DNA from: Raillietiella orientalis
Taxonomy: Eukaryota
Assembly: GCA_036172245.1 (NCBI GenBank)
Contig: JAYWIR010000014.1
Span: 2,108,001 to 2,172,000, forward strand
Direction: 5' to 3'
Length of the DNA: 64,000 bases
Under the pieces are notes generated by a model, which saw only the letters and a list, made by a program, of their open reading frames with translations, was not told the origin of the DNA and made no database searches. The position numbers and the translations under genes were made by a program. The first letter of the stretch is position 1. Every line of letters starts with the position of its first letter. This document shows, piece after piece, positions 1 through 12,543 of the stretch.

Positions 1-59
1 AATTGTAATGAACGATGAGTGTGATTGCAACTGTGATGGAGGTGAGCAATAAAACGGGA

Positions 60-1010
60 TTATGTTTTTTTTTGGCGAATATTGCCTTACTGAGACATGC
101 GTGTTTTTGTTCAAAACGTGTACACTACAGCTGTCGAAGCAAACAGTGCCCATCTATGATAAGGGAATCCTGTGTTAATTTTTAGATTAAGTTAATATTT
201 CATACATGCGTTCCGTGTAAACCTTGGAGCTTGACTTTGCCGGAAGAGCGTTTATTAGAAATCAGCTGTCCAGATATTCCTTCCCGATAGAAGCACTGAT
301 TTGATTCCCTTCTGCTAATTTCGGCAATCAATCTCATAGTATCTTCGGAAATATTTTCTTTTCCCGTTCTGTTTTCAGCTCTCCGACAGAAGTGAAAATG
401 TCGTCGCGTTACCGATAATTATCAAGATTACCATGGCCATCTAAATCAATGCTGCAAACATGCCCTGCGCTAATAATACTGTTAATTTGCTCATTCTCAG
501 AGCGGATATTTTTTTCTGTCAGATGGGACGAAATGAAGGCACGAGTGGAAGCTTTCACAGCATCTTTCATAAGCTCCGAGGGACGGAAGAGAGTTTCATT
601 TCACTGTGCACTCTTTTCTGCTTTTCCATTAGCCAGGGAGATGCATTCCGTTCATCACTTGGTTCATTAAATAAATATCAGTAACTCTATTTCTGCATAA
701 GACAGTTAAATACTTCCCTGATGGTATACGAGATTAATAAGTTGAATCCAGATTCCAAACGAGTATCGATTTGAAGAGAAAAAGGGTACCTCTTTGTTTT
801 TCAGCTCAAGAGTTTGCCTCCTCGATACACATCCTTGATAGTGAGCGCCGTGCAGGAGTTTGTTTTAGGCGTTGGTTCCAGCCGAGTGCCTGCAATGCCT
901 TTTCGAGTTCACTTCGGACTTTGGTGCAGCCGCACGTACGGCAGCTCACGTTTTTAGGGAACTCGCAACCGAGAAGCAGAAGAAACTGCTCGCATGCGTC
1001 TTCCTGCATC
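60..1010 (-). pseudogene. Degenerate Nipped-B/NIPBL-like fragment (first half of HEAT region); probably continues left of the window
   Basis: Collinear minus-strand peptides with stops and frameshifts: RLKQTPARRSLSRM (~NIPBL LARLPTSKRSLRNF), CTV..NETLFRPSELM (~STVNKPEWPAAELL), DSLIIDGHCLLRQL*CTRFEQ at ~170-108 (~DTVDYDDACLIVRYLASMRPFAQ). Reference recalled from memory. Confidence 0.6.
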
Positions 1011-1330
1011 GCCAGGCTCGACGCCGTGCAACATGGCGCCGAGCTTGCATTTGTTGGTGCGAATCTTGGCCTGGCACGGAGGGTCCTTTCGCTGCTGCTC
1101 ATACTGCCGAGGGGTTCCGGCCCGGGAAGCATCTCCGTTGTTGGGCCCACGACCGGGAAGAGGGAGAGCGTGACCGGAGAACAAACTCCGTCGAAAGAAT
1201 CCGTCCCGCGGTGCGCAAAGGAAAAGAACGTGGTGGTCCTGCGGTCGGCATCGAAGAAAGAGAACCTCCTCCAGGTGAACTACCTACCAGAAGGCAGCGG
1301 CGCGAGTCTTTCCGCTGCGACACCTTGCTC
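520..1330 (+). pseudogene. Degenerate CAP (adenylyl cyclase-associated protein)-like fragment
   Basis: Plus-strand peptides in CAP order: MKARVEAFTASF (~RLE motif), FEEKKGTSLFF (~FREKHRSSPFF), AARTAAHVFRE (~AGQFYTNRVLKE), WCESWPGT...LRCW (~EWARAWVQT...GLVW), SFRCD (~VFRCE). Confidence 0.5.
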
Positions 1331-2616
1331 TCCTCTCTCTCCCTCCAGCGGATCTGCCAGACGCGAAGGAGCTCGGAGGCTGCAGGACGGAAAAATCGGT
1401 CTTGCTGCGCACACTTCCGTGACGAAGAGCACCGCAGCCTCCTCCATCCCCCTTCTCCCCCGCGCTCAGTGCCCTCCATAGACGCGACGAAAAGTTCATG
1501 GGAGCGGGAAAGACAACGTCGCTCCCATCGTCCCAGGAGTCCAGCGAAGAGACCTCAGCCGACCGCCCAAACGAGTACGCGAATACAGAGATGCGGGAGA
1601 CGGTGGTCCAGCTCTGCCTGAGGGCCGCCGTCTTCGAAATCCGAAGCCCTCTTTCTCTAGCATCGGCCCCTGCCCTTCTCCCCCGACGGGAAGATTGGAC
1701 GCTTCCGGAACGAACGCAGAAGCAACCAACAGCAGCTGTTCCGTATCCGGGGGACGAAGCCGCTCCATCCGAAACCACAGTCGTTGCCGTGGTGGTGCGT
1801 GCACGATGCCGTGCTTCTCCGCGCCACCAGGCATGACTTTTCTCGAGTTCCCTGTCCAGCAGGGAAGCCCGCCTTTGAAATCGGGAGGAGAACCGGCGTG
1901 AGGCGCGAAGCTAGACGGGACTCGCAAGTCCCCGAGGCTCAGGGACCGAGCCAGAGAGGATCCGGCCGCCCTCGGAGACTGTAGGATTTTTCCGGAGGCA
2001 GCCGGAGTCCCGAGTCCCGAAGTCCCCCACTGAGGAGCGGCAGAGTCCTACTTTCCTCTAGTCGGGAAGGCTTCCAGGAGGCCTGAGCAAAACACTTCCC
2101 TCTTCCAGGGGAAGCTTCAGCAGGAGGGCGGGCCACGGCCACGCCCCCAATCTGCGGCCCCGGAATCGGCCGGGCCGACAGGAGCTCCCTTCCCCAGCGC
2201 CGCCGTGAGAGCCGTTCCCGTCCCCTGTGTCCCGGGAGCGAGAAAAGGGAATAACTGCCTCCCGTGCCTCGATATTCCTCTTCCTCCTCCCGACCTCCCT
2301 CTTCAAGAGCCCTCGAACGGACTCCAACCGGGTGACGGCCGGCCTGACAACGGACGGCTGCGCCTTTTCCCCGCGGGACGCGAACTAGCGAGGCGGAGGC
2401 TTCGTCTTCCTCTTCCCTCCTTCCACATCTCGGGATCACGGACATCCTTCCCCAGTGTGCATACGCCACGGTGGACTTCCAGTGGTGCGGGGACTGTCCT
2501 GTCTCTACGAGGGAAAGGGAGGGGAGAAGACAGTCCTTCCCCCGTCGAGGCCGTCTCCGGGGGAGCTCCTTCGCTTCCCTAGAAGCAGCGGAGCGCCCTC
2601 CTTCCTGGATGACCAC

Positions 2617-2932
2617 TTTCGCTCGCTGAGCGGCTCATGCGGCCGTAGGGTCGCGAGCGCATCAGTTGGTCACCCTGGAAACTTCCTCTTGCCGGCAAGA
2701 TCGAGCGAACTCCTCTCTCGCCCCCCCCCCCCCCCAGCATTCCCTTTCTCCTCCTCTTCCTCCTCCATTCCGAAGAGAGACACAGGGGAGGGGGCCGCGC
2801 GATTGCTTCCTGCTTCCCTCGAGCGTGAGCCAGCTCCCGGGAGGTGGCGGCTCGTCCCTCTCCTTGTCCGAACCTGTGCTTCCTGGAGTCCCTCCTCCCC
2901 CGTTTTGATACCTACTGCTGTTGCAGGCCGTC
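2617..2932 (-). repeat. ~300 bp diverged inverted copy of 7375-7661
   Basis: Reverse complement aligns by eye with 7375-7661; translations of both copies share FGMEEEEEE and RSxLDLAGKRxFPG. Confidence 0.85.
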
Positions 2933-5453
2933 TCCCTAGCTCATTCACTCCCGACAGGACGGACAGACTCTCGCCGCGAGGGTCCTCCCCCGACCTCGTG
3001 GTCGTCTCGGAAACGGACTGCCTTCTGCTAAAAGGGCGCGGCGCCGCTTCTACTTGGAAACCCGTCTTTGCGCCTTTTCCCTTCCCCTTTATTTCCACCT
3101 GCGCGGGACTTCTTCCTTGTCGCCTCCAATCTTTCGATTGCCTGGTCCGGGAAGCGCCAAAGATCGCACCGAGGCGCCCGCTTCGCGCGCGGACAGCCTC
3201 TGCTGATGGATGCCGTTCCTGACGGGAAGCCGGGGTGTGAGGGGTCCTCCCACCTCCCCCGTGGGGAAGAAGGGGGCGGGTAGGAAAAGCCATAACATCT
3301 TCCCGAATTCCCGAGCGGGGGTCGCGCACTGCCTCCCCGGGGAAGCATCCCTGCGATGGGCTCCTCTGGGACGGGAACCCGCTCGTCCCAGTCCTGCCTC
3401 GCAGGCCCTCCTACTCTCCTCTTCTCATCCCCCCGCTTCCCACACGGGACCGATCCGAGCGCTCCAGGATCGGCCTCGGAGTTGTCCCCTGGGCCCTGAG
3501 GCGTCCCCTTTCCTCTGCCCCTTCCTTCTGCGCTCCCGGCATCCTCGCCTCTCCTTCTCGTGGGATGTGCCCTTCTCCCGCTATCGCCGCTTCATGAGAA
3601 GGGACGGAAAGCGGCTCGGGAGACCCGAGAAAGGGTCAACTCCGCTCGCCTTCCTCCCCTCCGAGGTGCGCGTCCTTTCTCGGAGCTTCCCTGCGGACCT
3701 TCCTTGTTCCTTTTCCCGGTGCGCGGTTAAGCGACATACTCCTCCACTCCGCCTCTTCCGTGGCTCCCAGAAAGCCCAGGGGGGAGGACGAGGAGCGGTC
3801 ACGGGATGAGCCTCCCGGAGCCATAAGGCGGAGGTGATCGGGGACTCCCGGCTTCCCGATAGGGAGTCCCTTCCTCCCGAAGGAGGGGGAGAGAGGGGGA
3901 CCAAGCCCGTGAGGGGATGCTGCGGCACCAGAGCGGAAAGGAAAAGGAATGGGGAGCGGTGGAGAGGGAGGAGTGACCGAGAGAGCCAGGCGCAAGCACA
4001 CACCCTGGCGCGGAAGCACGCAGCTTCCTGGAGACCGGCGCCCTCCCTCGACCCTTTCCGCTTCCCGCTATGAGAGAACCTCGGGGTGACCTCCGTGAGG
4101 CCCCGGGGTCGCCAGGCAACCGTACGAGCCAAGACATCTCCCCATGCTGCAGCGGCGCTGATTCCAAGCACCCCCCTCCCCTTCCTCCCGAAGGGGGAGA
4201 GGGCACCACTGGACACGCACGGAGGAGCGGCAAGTCGTCCCTCCAGGGACGAGGGAGGTGGCCTCCCTCCCTCCCCTCCCCCTTCGCGCGAATCCCGAAG
4301 CGCGGGAGCAGGAAGCACGGGTGAGCCAGGAAACTGTCTCGTCTCCCGGTTGCTCCTCGGCCAGGAGCTGAGCGGATCGACGCGCAGACCGGGAGCGCCA
4401 CGAGGGCACCGAGATCACTTGCCGCCTCCAAGTCCTCGGGCTTTCTGGAGGCGCACACCCGCACGTGTTCGCGCGCACTACTCGAGCTGCTCTTCGTGAC
4501 CAGCGGCTCCTCTCCGGTTCGTGTCAGGTCGGTGACGCACGCGAACGCAGGGTCCTCTCGGTCGACCCCCCTGAGGGAACCCCCCTCTGCAGGCCCGCGC
4601 TCCCGTCGGCCCCGGGAGGAGCGAGTAAGACACTGGACGCTCCCGTCAGATCCCCGAGGGACTTCCCCTGAGAGGAGGGTGTTCCCGTGCGCGCGCACAC
4701 CCCAAAAGAGGGGGGAAAGCCCGAGACGGTCAGGAACTCCTCGGGTCGACCGAGCGCGGGTGATGACGCCCGAGGGAGCTGCCTGATCCTTTGGGAGTCG
4801 CCGCTGAGCGGGCGCGCGCGCCAGGAAGAGGCGATCGTGACACGGACTCGCGCCCCTTCTCAGAGAGCGCGCTGCTCCGGGGTCCCGACCCCCTGTTCCC
4901 GATCTTTGCCTCTCAGTTCTCCTGAGTCTCCCGTGATGAGAGGGGTGAGTGGTGTCTCTGACGATCGCCCCCTTCGGAACGAGGGGGTTGTTTCGGTAGT
5001 CTCAAGGGGAAAGGGGGCCGTTGGGGTGCGTGAGGGGACGAAACCGGAGGAGTGTCCCTCCCTGCTCCCCTACCTGCTGGAATTCCCCCTTTGCGCGCGG
5101 GACCTCCCTCCTTTCTCGAAAGGAGGAAGGCGGCGAGGAAGGGAGTGCCTAACTTCCCTCCCCATGCCCCTGGCGTTTCAAGCAGCCATGAGCGAGCGCG
5201 GCGCCTTCTCCCAGAGCCGCGCGCAGATGTGAAGCGCCGCTCCCGTCGCCAGATGAGCGGGCGGGCGGCGGCGTGGCGCGACTCGGAATGACTCAGCCCC
5301 ACGCAACGCCCTGCCGCTCCCGGAGAGGATCGCGAGCAGAGGCGCAGAGACCTCTCCCTCCGTTCGGGGGGTGGGGGTGCCAGGGGACCAATGCCTCACT
5401 GCTCGGGACGAGATGGCTAGGGGAGAGGAGCGCCAAGGGTGGTGCCGTCTGGC

Positions 5454-5525
5454 ACGGTCTGCAGCGGCAGGCGTCAAAGGGAGGAGGAGGGACTCCAGGA
5501 AGCGCAGGTTCGGAGAAGGGGAGGG
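5454..5525 (+). repeat. 72 bp exact direct repeat of 7375-7446
   Basis: acggtctgcagcggcaggcgtcaaagggaggaggagggactccaggaagcgcaggttcggagaaggggaggg occurs identically at both positions. Confidence 0.95.
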
Positions 5526-7374
5526 TCTCTTCCCCAAGCGTCCACCCAGAAGCGCAAAGGAAAGGTCGGGGGAACAGGGAGAGGGGATAGGCTTCCTCCT
5601 CCCCTCTTCCTCCCTCCTTCCATCGCGTAGCCTCCCCAAGGCTCCCGAGCTTCCCGGGGGAGTCGCGCGACCAGTCGGCCGGCCGGGGAGATGGCGACTG
5701 TCGTCCGAAAGGGAAGGATGAAGGGGGGAAAGGAATTTCCAGGGTGCGCGCAGCCCCGAGGGGGACACGTGGCTCTCGAGCGGGCGGCCGCGTAGTCCCC
5801 GAGGTCGGTCGGCCACGTGGACCATGGCCGCGCTGCGCGACACGCGAGAGAGAGCTTCCTGAGACCTCCTTCCCGTCCCCTCCCTGCCTCCCCTTACCGC
5901 ATCGTCACCTGCACCGCTTGCCGCTGCGTCCGCGGTGGCGGTCGGCATGCTATTCCTCGGCCGCTGCCGTCGCCGCCCCCGCTCCGCATGGAGGAGCTGC
6001 GCACGCAAACTCGCGCGGAGGCACGCACGCACGCACTCACGCATTCCAATCTCACACTAACGAGCACGCGCACGCGCGCGGGGCCCGCTTCCCCTTCCCA
6101 CCTCCCTCTGTTTTTTTTTTCTTATTGGGTACACGAGCACGGGGGGGGTCCCGCCCGCGGGGATGTTCGGCAGCTCCCGTAGCGTGCAGAGGAGAGGAAA
6201 GGGAAAAGCGCGAGCGCTCCCCTCCCCTCTTTCCCTTCCAGCACTGCAATGCACGCGCAGTCGCCTCCAGGGTGGAGGCGCGGAACGCGGACCCTGCCCC
6301 TTCTGGGGTGAGGAATGGGGGGGGGGGTCGCATTGTAGGTGTTTCCTCCGTGAGCGCAGATCGGGTGCTCCTTGGCGGCCTCCTCGCAGCGCCAGCCCCT
6401 CCAGGTCACACCGTGAGGACCATCACCCTTTCCCCGCTCCTTGCGCGCTCGCTCCTGCCCCTTCGGAAATGCGCGGTAGTCACGACGATTCCACCCTCTC
6501 CGCCCCCTTCCGCAAGTGTCCTTGCCTCGCCTCTTCGGCCTTCTTAGCCCTCTCGTAGTCCACCGCCCCGAAGGAAAAGCACAGGCGAATCCCGAGGGTT
6601 CTTCCGGGATTCCTGGGAATTTCCGGCACAGGGGAAAGGATGGAATTATCCCTGGGCGGGGGATGAGGTGAGGGAAAGAGGCGCACCATTGCGCTGGGGT
6701 TACCTTGCCACTCACTGGTTCCCGAATGGGGAGCAGAATGTCCCGAGGCGAGCAGGACTGGTCGGGAGGTGACCCGGCGCTCGCTCGAGGAAGGCAGCAG
6801 CACCGTCAGCCACCGGTTGGTTTGGAGGAGGAGTCGAGTGACGGGCGCCCCGCCATCCCGGGAGGGGTGAAAAGGGGGAGACGAGGGAAACGTCCCGCTC
6901 TCCCTGGAGAGAGGCTGCCCAGAAGGAACCAAGAAGACGGCGTCCGGATTCGGTGGGTTGGGGAGAACGCAGAGGAACCCTTCCCTTCCCAGGACCGAGC
7001 TCTGCCCGCAAGGCCATTCCAGAGTCAACAGGGGTGTGGTCAAGGGGTTGGTAGGTTCACGGACGACTCCGAGGCAGGGTCACTGACAACAAGTGGCGGC
7101 GGTCGCTCGAGGCCACGGTGCGCGGGCGGTTTCGGTCGTCTGTTCGACCCCCCCCCGGCTGCTCCTTCGCTTTGTCCCTTCTCCTCTTCCCGTTCGTTTT
7201 GCTGCTCCCCTTCCAGCCTTCCCTTCTTTCTTGCTTTCTCGCCTGTTGGTTGTTGTCACCCCCTTGCCGTTACATCGTCCTGCTCGACTGCTCCTCCAGG
7301 GTCACGCCTCCAGCGGGTGAGTGTCCCTTTCTCATCCTCCACATCCGTCCGGTAGGAGCGAATGAGCCGGAGGG

Positions 7375-7661
7375 ACGGTCTGCAGCGGCAGGCGTCAAAG
7401 GGAGGAGGAGGGACTCCAGGAAGCGCAGGTTCGGAGAAGGGGAGGGACGAGCCGCCATCTCCCGGGAGCTGGCGCACGCGCGAGGGATCCCCTGCCCTAT
7501 GTCTCCCTTTGGAATGGAGGAGGAGGAGGAAGAGGAAGGGAAATGCTGAGGGGGGTCGAGAGGGAAGGTCGCTCGACCTTGCCGGCAAGAGGAACTTTCC
7601 AGGGCGACCAGCTGATGCGCTCGCGACCCTACGTCCCGCATGAGCCAGTCAGCGAGCGAAG
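7375..7661 (+). repeat. Repeat unit shared with 2617-2932 (inverted) and 5454-5525 (direct, partial)
   Basis: Direct sequence comparison. Confidence 0.85.
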
Positions 7662-9049
7662 GCGTATCCCGAGCCCGCCCTCGGCCCCCCCGCTGGACGG
7701 ATCTCCTTTTGCTGGCCAGGTCGCCGCACCACGCAGCCTCGGTACTGCGCCCCTCCAGCCCGGTCTCCGTAGCGGCGGCGCCGCCATCGTCGCGAACTCG
7801 GGAGGCGATGGCGGAGCACCTTCAGCCGCGCGCGCTCCCGATCAGGAACGCCGTCGCTTCCCGCTCCCGAACGGCCCCCGTGGGCGGCGGTTCGGCGCCG
7901 ACAGTCGCGGCCGTCCTGCCCGCGAATCACCGGCACCTGAAGCGCGAGTTCCGCGATCGGCGCCAGCGACGCATGCGCGACACCTCCCTCGCCCTCCCTC
8001 TCCTCCGGCGTGAAGGCTGCGCGCGCAACGCGCGTCTGGGCGACCCTGTGGGTTCAGGGTCCGCGAGCGGGCAGGCGAGCTTGGGTTCCCGAGAGCCACT
8101 CGTTTGGCGACCCCGCGGAGCTGCTCGAGGCCGGCGGCCCCAACCGAAGGGGCGACGGGTCCGACGACTCGCGAGAAGAGACCGGCGAACGGTGCTCGTT
8201 ACTCCCTGCCCTGCGGACATCCAGGCACCCGCGAGCGGGTTGGCCAAAGAGCCAAACAACCAAGGAGGCATCTGTGCGGGGCAGCAGCAGCGGGCGGCTT
8301 CTGGAATTTTCGCGGAGGGACGGGGAACCGAGGCGAGAGGGATCTGAACGACCTCCAGCTCGCCCTTCCCCTCCCCCCTTGGGGGTTGTCGGCACGAGTC
8401 TTCGCGCACACACCCTCGCGCGCTCCTCCGGCAGCGATTCCGGCAACCTTTTCCTTCCGGAAAGAGGACGGTCGGCGTGACCGGGAAGATGACCCGAGAG
8501 CCAGTACGGGAGGGAAACGAGCCCCTCGCCGAAAGGGGGAAGAGCGAAACGACGTTCCGGAGCGACGGAACTGCCCCCGCGCTCTCGGGAGGGAAAATGG
8601 CGGCCGCGAGCAGCAGCGTCGGGTGGTGTTTCCCGGAGTGTTTCCTGATGCGTGTGGAGCGCGCGCATCTCTTCCGCGGTCTCTTGAGTGCGCGGGGGGA
8701 AGGGAGGAGGGGAAGAGGGGATGGCCCGGAAAACCCGCGGCGCAACAACACAGCGCGCGCAAGACTTCTGGTTCTTCGCTGGTGATGCGGCCGATCCCCA
8801 GACGGCGCCGCGCGTCCCTGCCTGAGGACGCCGATGGACCTGCCCGCTTGGGCAGAAGAGAAAGGTCAGCCAGAGCGAGTGGCCAGGTCTCCTCCCCCGC
8901 ACCCTCCTACCGGACGGGCGGCGGAGGTGTGGACTAGGAACGCGACTCGCCGAGATGGAGCCGAATAGGTAACAACCGTTCGACGAACACGTCATTGTGC
9001 ATCCGGCAGGGTAAGGAGGGGTCCAAAGCGGAACAGAGAGGATGATGGG

Positions 9050-9700
9050 GTGAATCCCCAGGAAGTGCCTCTCGCGTTCCCTCCAAAGGAAACCCTCAGG
9101 GCACGCGTGAGGCGGTGTCGCGCACTCGCCGCAGCCAGAATCACGGAGGAGGAGCTTCGATCCAGAATCTTCCCCTTTTCCTCCCTTCCCCGGAATGCGG
9201 ACGGGAACGCACATCCAGACGCGCTGATGAGATCGCCAAGTCGGGAAAAAAGCCTAGGGGCGTTTCCCACTTTCGTTTCGATTCCATCCCGAGATCCCAC
9301 CTCACTGCACCCGGGAAAGGGGAGGGGAGGTTTTCCTTCGTTCGCTTGCTCACCGGGACCTTCTTCACGAAGCCGAGATGGTTCGGCACAGGAGGAAGGG
9401 AACTCATCTCGGAAGACCTTGGCAGGTAAGAATCCCCGGAAATGAATGGCCGCCTTGGAGGCGGCCTCTCACCGAATGAGCGGGGCTTGCGCGAGTGGCC
9501 CTCGTGCGGTTCTGTTCCACTTCTGGAAGCGAGAGCAAACCACCATCAGCGGATCTGCCTATTCACAGACTCGTCTTCCGGGTATTCTCCGTTCGCTTGT
9601 CCCTGTATTGGAACTCCGCGCACTTCTCTACGCGGATGGCGTCCGAGCCAGCGCTTCGGACGGCGTTGGAAGGGGAACGAACTGGCTCCGGGCTTCGAAA
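9050..9700 (+). mobile_element. Degenerate L1/Tx1-like reverse transcriptase fragment within the GC-rich block
   Basis: LAAARITEEELRSRIFPFSSLPRNADG (~L1 'IT.EEL..AI....PG.DG') followed by LLYADGV (~YADDV). Confidence 0.5.
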
Positions 9701-10269
9701 ACCACGCGCCGCTCGTCGCCAGCGCGTCCTGAGGCAGAAAGGGAAAGTTCCGTGACGGGAGCGAGAGGGGGCCTGCCGAGCAGTGGATGCAGATGCAATC
9801 CCTTTGGCTCGTCGGTGCTCCCTGCTATTTCAGTTCTGCTTGATCCGAAAGCTCCGCTCGAGCATCACCACAGAGGACATTCATCCGCACGCGCGAATCT
9901 ATATTTAAAAACTTTCGGAGATTTCTTCTCCGCCCGTAAAAAGGCTGCACGTTATTTCGGTCTGCTTTTTCTCCTCGTTTCACGTTCACTCTCAAAAGAG
10001 TTTCGCTGTCTGGGAGTGGCAGGGTTGCCTCGGCAGAGCCGAAACCGCGCGGCAGCCCTTCTCGGAAGGCGTGGCCGTCGGTGGGCCCTGCACTGCTCTC
10101 GAAGTGCCTACGGCCGGAGCGTGTGTCTCGGGAGACTCAAATCTTTATTTTGATCATCGAGGAAGATATCAACCCCCCCCCCCCTCCCTCCTCTTCCCCG
10201 CGCGCGCACACACACACTCGCATCCCAACGCAGCCTGCTGCTCGGCGACGTTCCTTGGCCTACCGCTAG

Positions 10270-12200
10270 ACTGTCTGTCGACAAACGTTCTTTGAAATGC
10301 TTCATCTGAATTTGTCTTTTATCCAGAAGCAGCCTGAACCATCCAAGAGAGTTACCTTCGCTTCCCACGACTTCCTCACTTTTTAACTCTCTCCTACGAA
10401 CCCTTTTACTTTTTGAAAACAAACCAGAAACATTCGTTCCTACAGGTTTCACTCCTGGATCTGCACCAAATAGAAAGAAGATGGGAGGCACCTTGTAGCC
10501 ATTACGGTTTCCCTGACAGCAAAAACTGATAAACAGCACATCAGTAATCAAGAGCACATGTTACAGTTTACGACCCCGATAAAAACCCTAGTTCACATAT
10601 GCTATTTGTATACTGTACAACTCGTCGTTGTGATCCCTTCTAACAAGCTACATGCAGTTCATTAGACATTCATTAAACATTCATCATAATTTCAGATCTT
10701 CATAAGAGAGAAGACATCTTTCACATCAAGCGTAAAACTGAATATAAAGTTCAAGTACTCCATGAGATAAACAAAATAGAACACTTACGAAGGAACACAT
10801 GCCTGAAAGCGTGCAGTTAACCGAAAGTTGTGAAAGGATGTTCCCAATTTTCACGTGGCGCTGCCGCGTTTTGGATGGATTGCACGGAAAGAGCTATAGC
10901 AGTTCCCTGGATTCAAGAGCACCAAAGAGTCTGTGAAGCAGCGTCTGGCAAGATGACTCAAATCTTGAGCGAAAAAACGCATCTCTCGGCCTTCCCTGTA
11001 CAGTATTTTTCAATATGCTTTTTTCGCGTCTTATTGGTTTCCTTTAAGTACCCGTTTTTAATAACGATTTATGAGACCTCTGTGCTGTAAACACACAGGA
11101 TCGACTGCTACTCCATACTCTGCCTGAGGACCTGTGCAGCTCACAAACGTTTCCGTGCGTCATTCGTGTGCATCCGCATCACCAAAGAGTTCACACCGAC
11201 GTGTACTTCGTATCCATGGCACTCCGAGGAGTGACGTCACTCCCGACAAATCCCCGCGAACTTTATAAGCTGCTGCGTGCGAAACTCTCCAGGAGCCCTC
11301 CTGACCGCGTCCGCCGGGCGGCATCGTGAGGAAACACACTGGAGGTGGTCCAGAGGTCCTCCTCTCGTTCATCCACGCCTTTCCGGCCCTTCACTTCCTA
11401 AACATCAGGAAATACGCATTTGAGATCTCGAGTTCCGTCGTACCCCCTCTCTGCGTTCTTCAATTCATCGTTATCTCATGAAATGTGTTGCTTTTACTCC
11501 TCCCTCCTCGCCATCAGCTTCTCCATCCCTACTGTCCTTATTTCGAATTTCTTCCTGTTTTTTTTCAAAAAAAAAACCTACGCAGACCCTGAAAAGACTC
11601 GATTCGTTCGCTCTGCAATGTTGATAACCTCACGAAAACTTGTGCGGTCTCCCTGCCACACCGATTCCTGGAGCGTTCCAAGCTCGCGAAAAAGGGTACA
11701 GCAAGCACGTGGTCGCTTTGAGGGGATGCTCCGAGGTAACCTCACGTCTTGGACTGGCTTCCACCCTGTCTTTTTCGGACGCGAAAACTCGGAAATCAAG
11801 ACGGGAAGGAGGGAGCTGGGAAAAATGGCTCACTGGGTCGAAAGTTTTATTTTACCGATGGGATGATTAGCAAATTCACCGTGATATCTGCTCGCACTGA
11901 GCACTTGGGTTACGAGGTGACGGTGATCTACCAGTGCATGGCAGCTACCAATCGCCAGGTAGGGGCGACGCACGGACGTGTGAGGTGAAACTTTGTAAAC
12001 AGAAAAGCACAAGCCCGTGATAATTAACCGAATTCCTTTCAACAGCTTGGCCAACGAACCTGTAAACACCTCGAATCGGTAAGGAAAACTGAAATGAAAC
12101 ACGGAAGGTAGGCTTCCAAAGGTTCGTCCATGCCCTTGACCTACTAAAGGGATAATGGGGGCGAGAAACACAGGAAAAGTGACGATTACTTGAGCAAGTG
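10270..12200 (-). pseudogene. Degenerate Nipped-B/NIPBL-like fragment (C-terminal HEAT region) with relic introns
   Basis: Collinear: QGDRTSFREV..VFSGSA (~QADRDWKKV..VSSGMS), IKFAGI..GYEVHVGVN (~KKYAGF..SYQVQQAIN), GRPRDAFFRS (~RQHRRAFLIS), LSVNCTLSGMCSF (~LSVSGSNLLQSF), FRLLLD (~FKLLME). In-frame stops present. Confidence 0.65.
11640..11900 (+). pseudogene. Degenerate CAP-like fragment (helical N-CAP domain)
   Basis: REKGYSKHVVALRGCSEVTSRLG (~[24 protein letters not shown]), then HWVESFI (~DWVKAYL). Confidence 0.55.
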
Positions 12201-12543
12201 CAAAAGACACGTCAGTTTTCTATCGGGTCTGGTCAGTGGATCTACAACCCGGACTTTACATGGAGTGACTCAATCAGCATCTGCCTGGACATACATGCTG
12301 ACTGAATCTCTAGAGGCTAAATGAGGACTGTAATGCAAAATAGATTCTCAATTTACAGCTGTGACCTAATCTAAGTCTAAGTCCATAATACAAAAATCTG
12401 TATCTGCAGATCCGAAGGATTTTATCAGAACCCAATTTCCAAACTAATAAAATATTCCAAAATTTATTAGGCATCTCAGTTATCTTTGCAATAATATTTT
12501 TGCAGTTCCTGCAATACAAATGGCAAACTGGAGGTATAACAAG

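Noticed and set aside
6000..6130. (GCAC)n / poly-T / poly-G tract as a structured RNA gene
   Set aside because: Low-complexity; similar tracts at ~10170-10230 and ~53900-54050 look like retroelement UTR sequence.
1500..9000. Many 150-390 aa ORFs in all six frames as real genes
   Set aside because: Expected from very high GC; Arg/Pro/Gly/Ser-rich translations with no recognisable domain.
10300..10515. Dynein AAA6-like 'PIFFLFGADP'
   Set aside because: No SLGQGQ or other dynein motifs follow; fits the NIPBL C-terminus.
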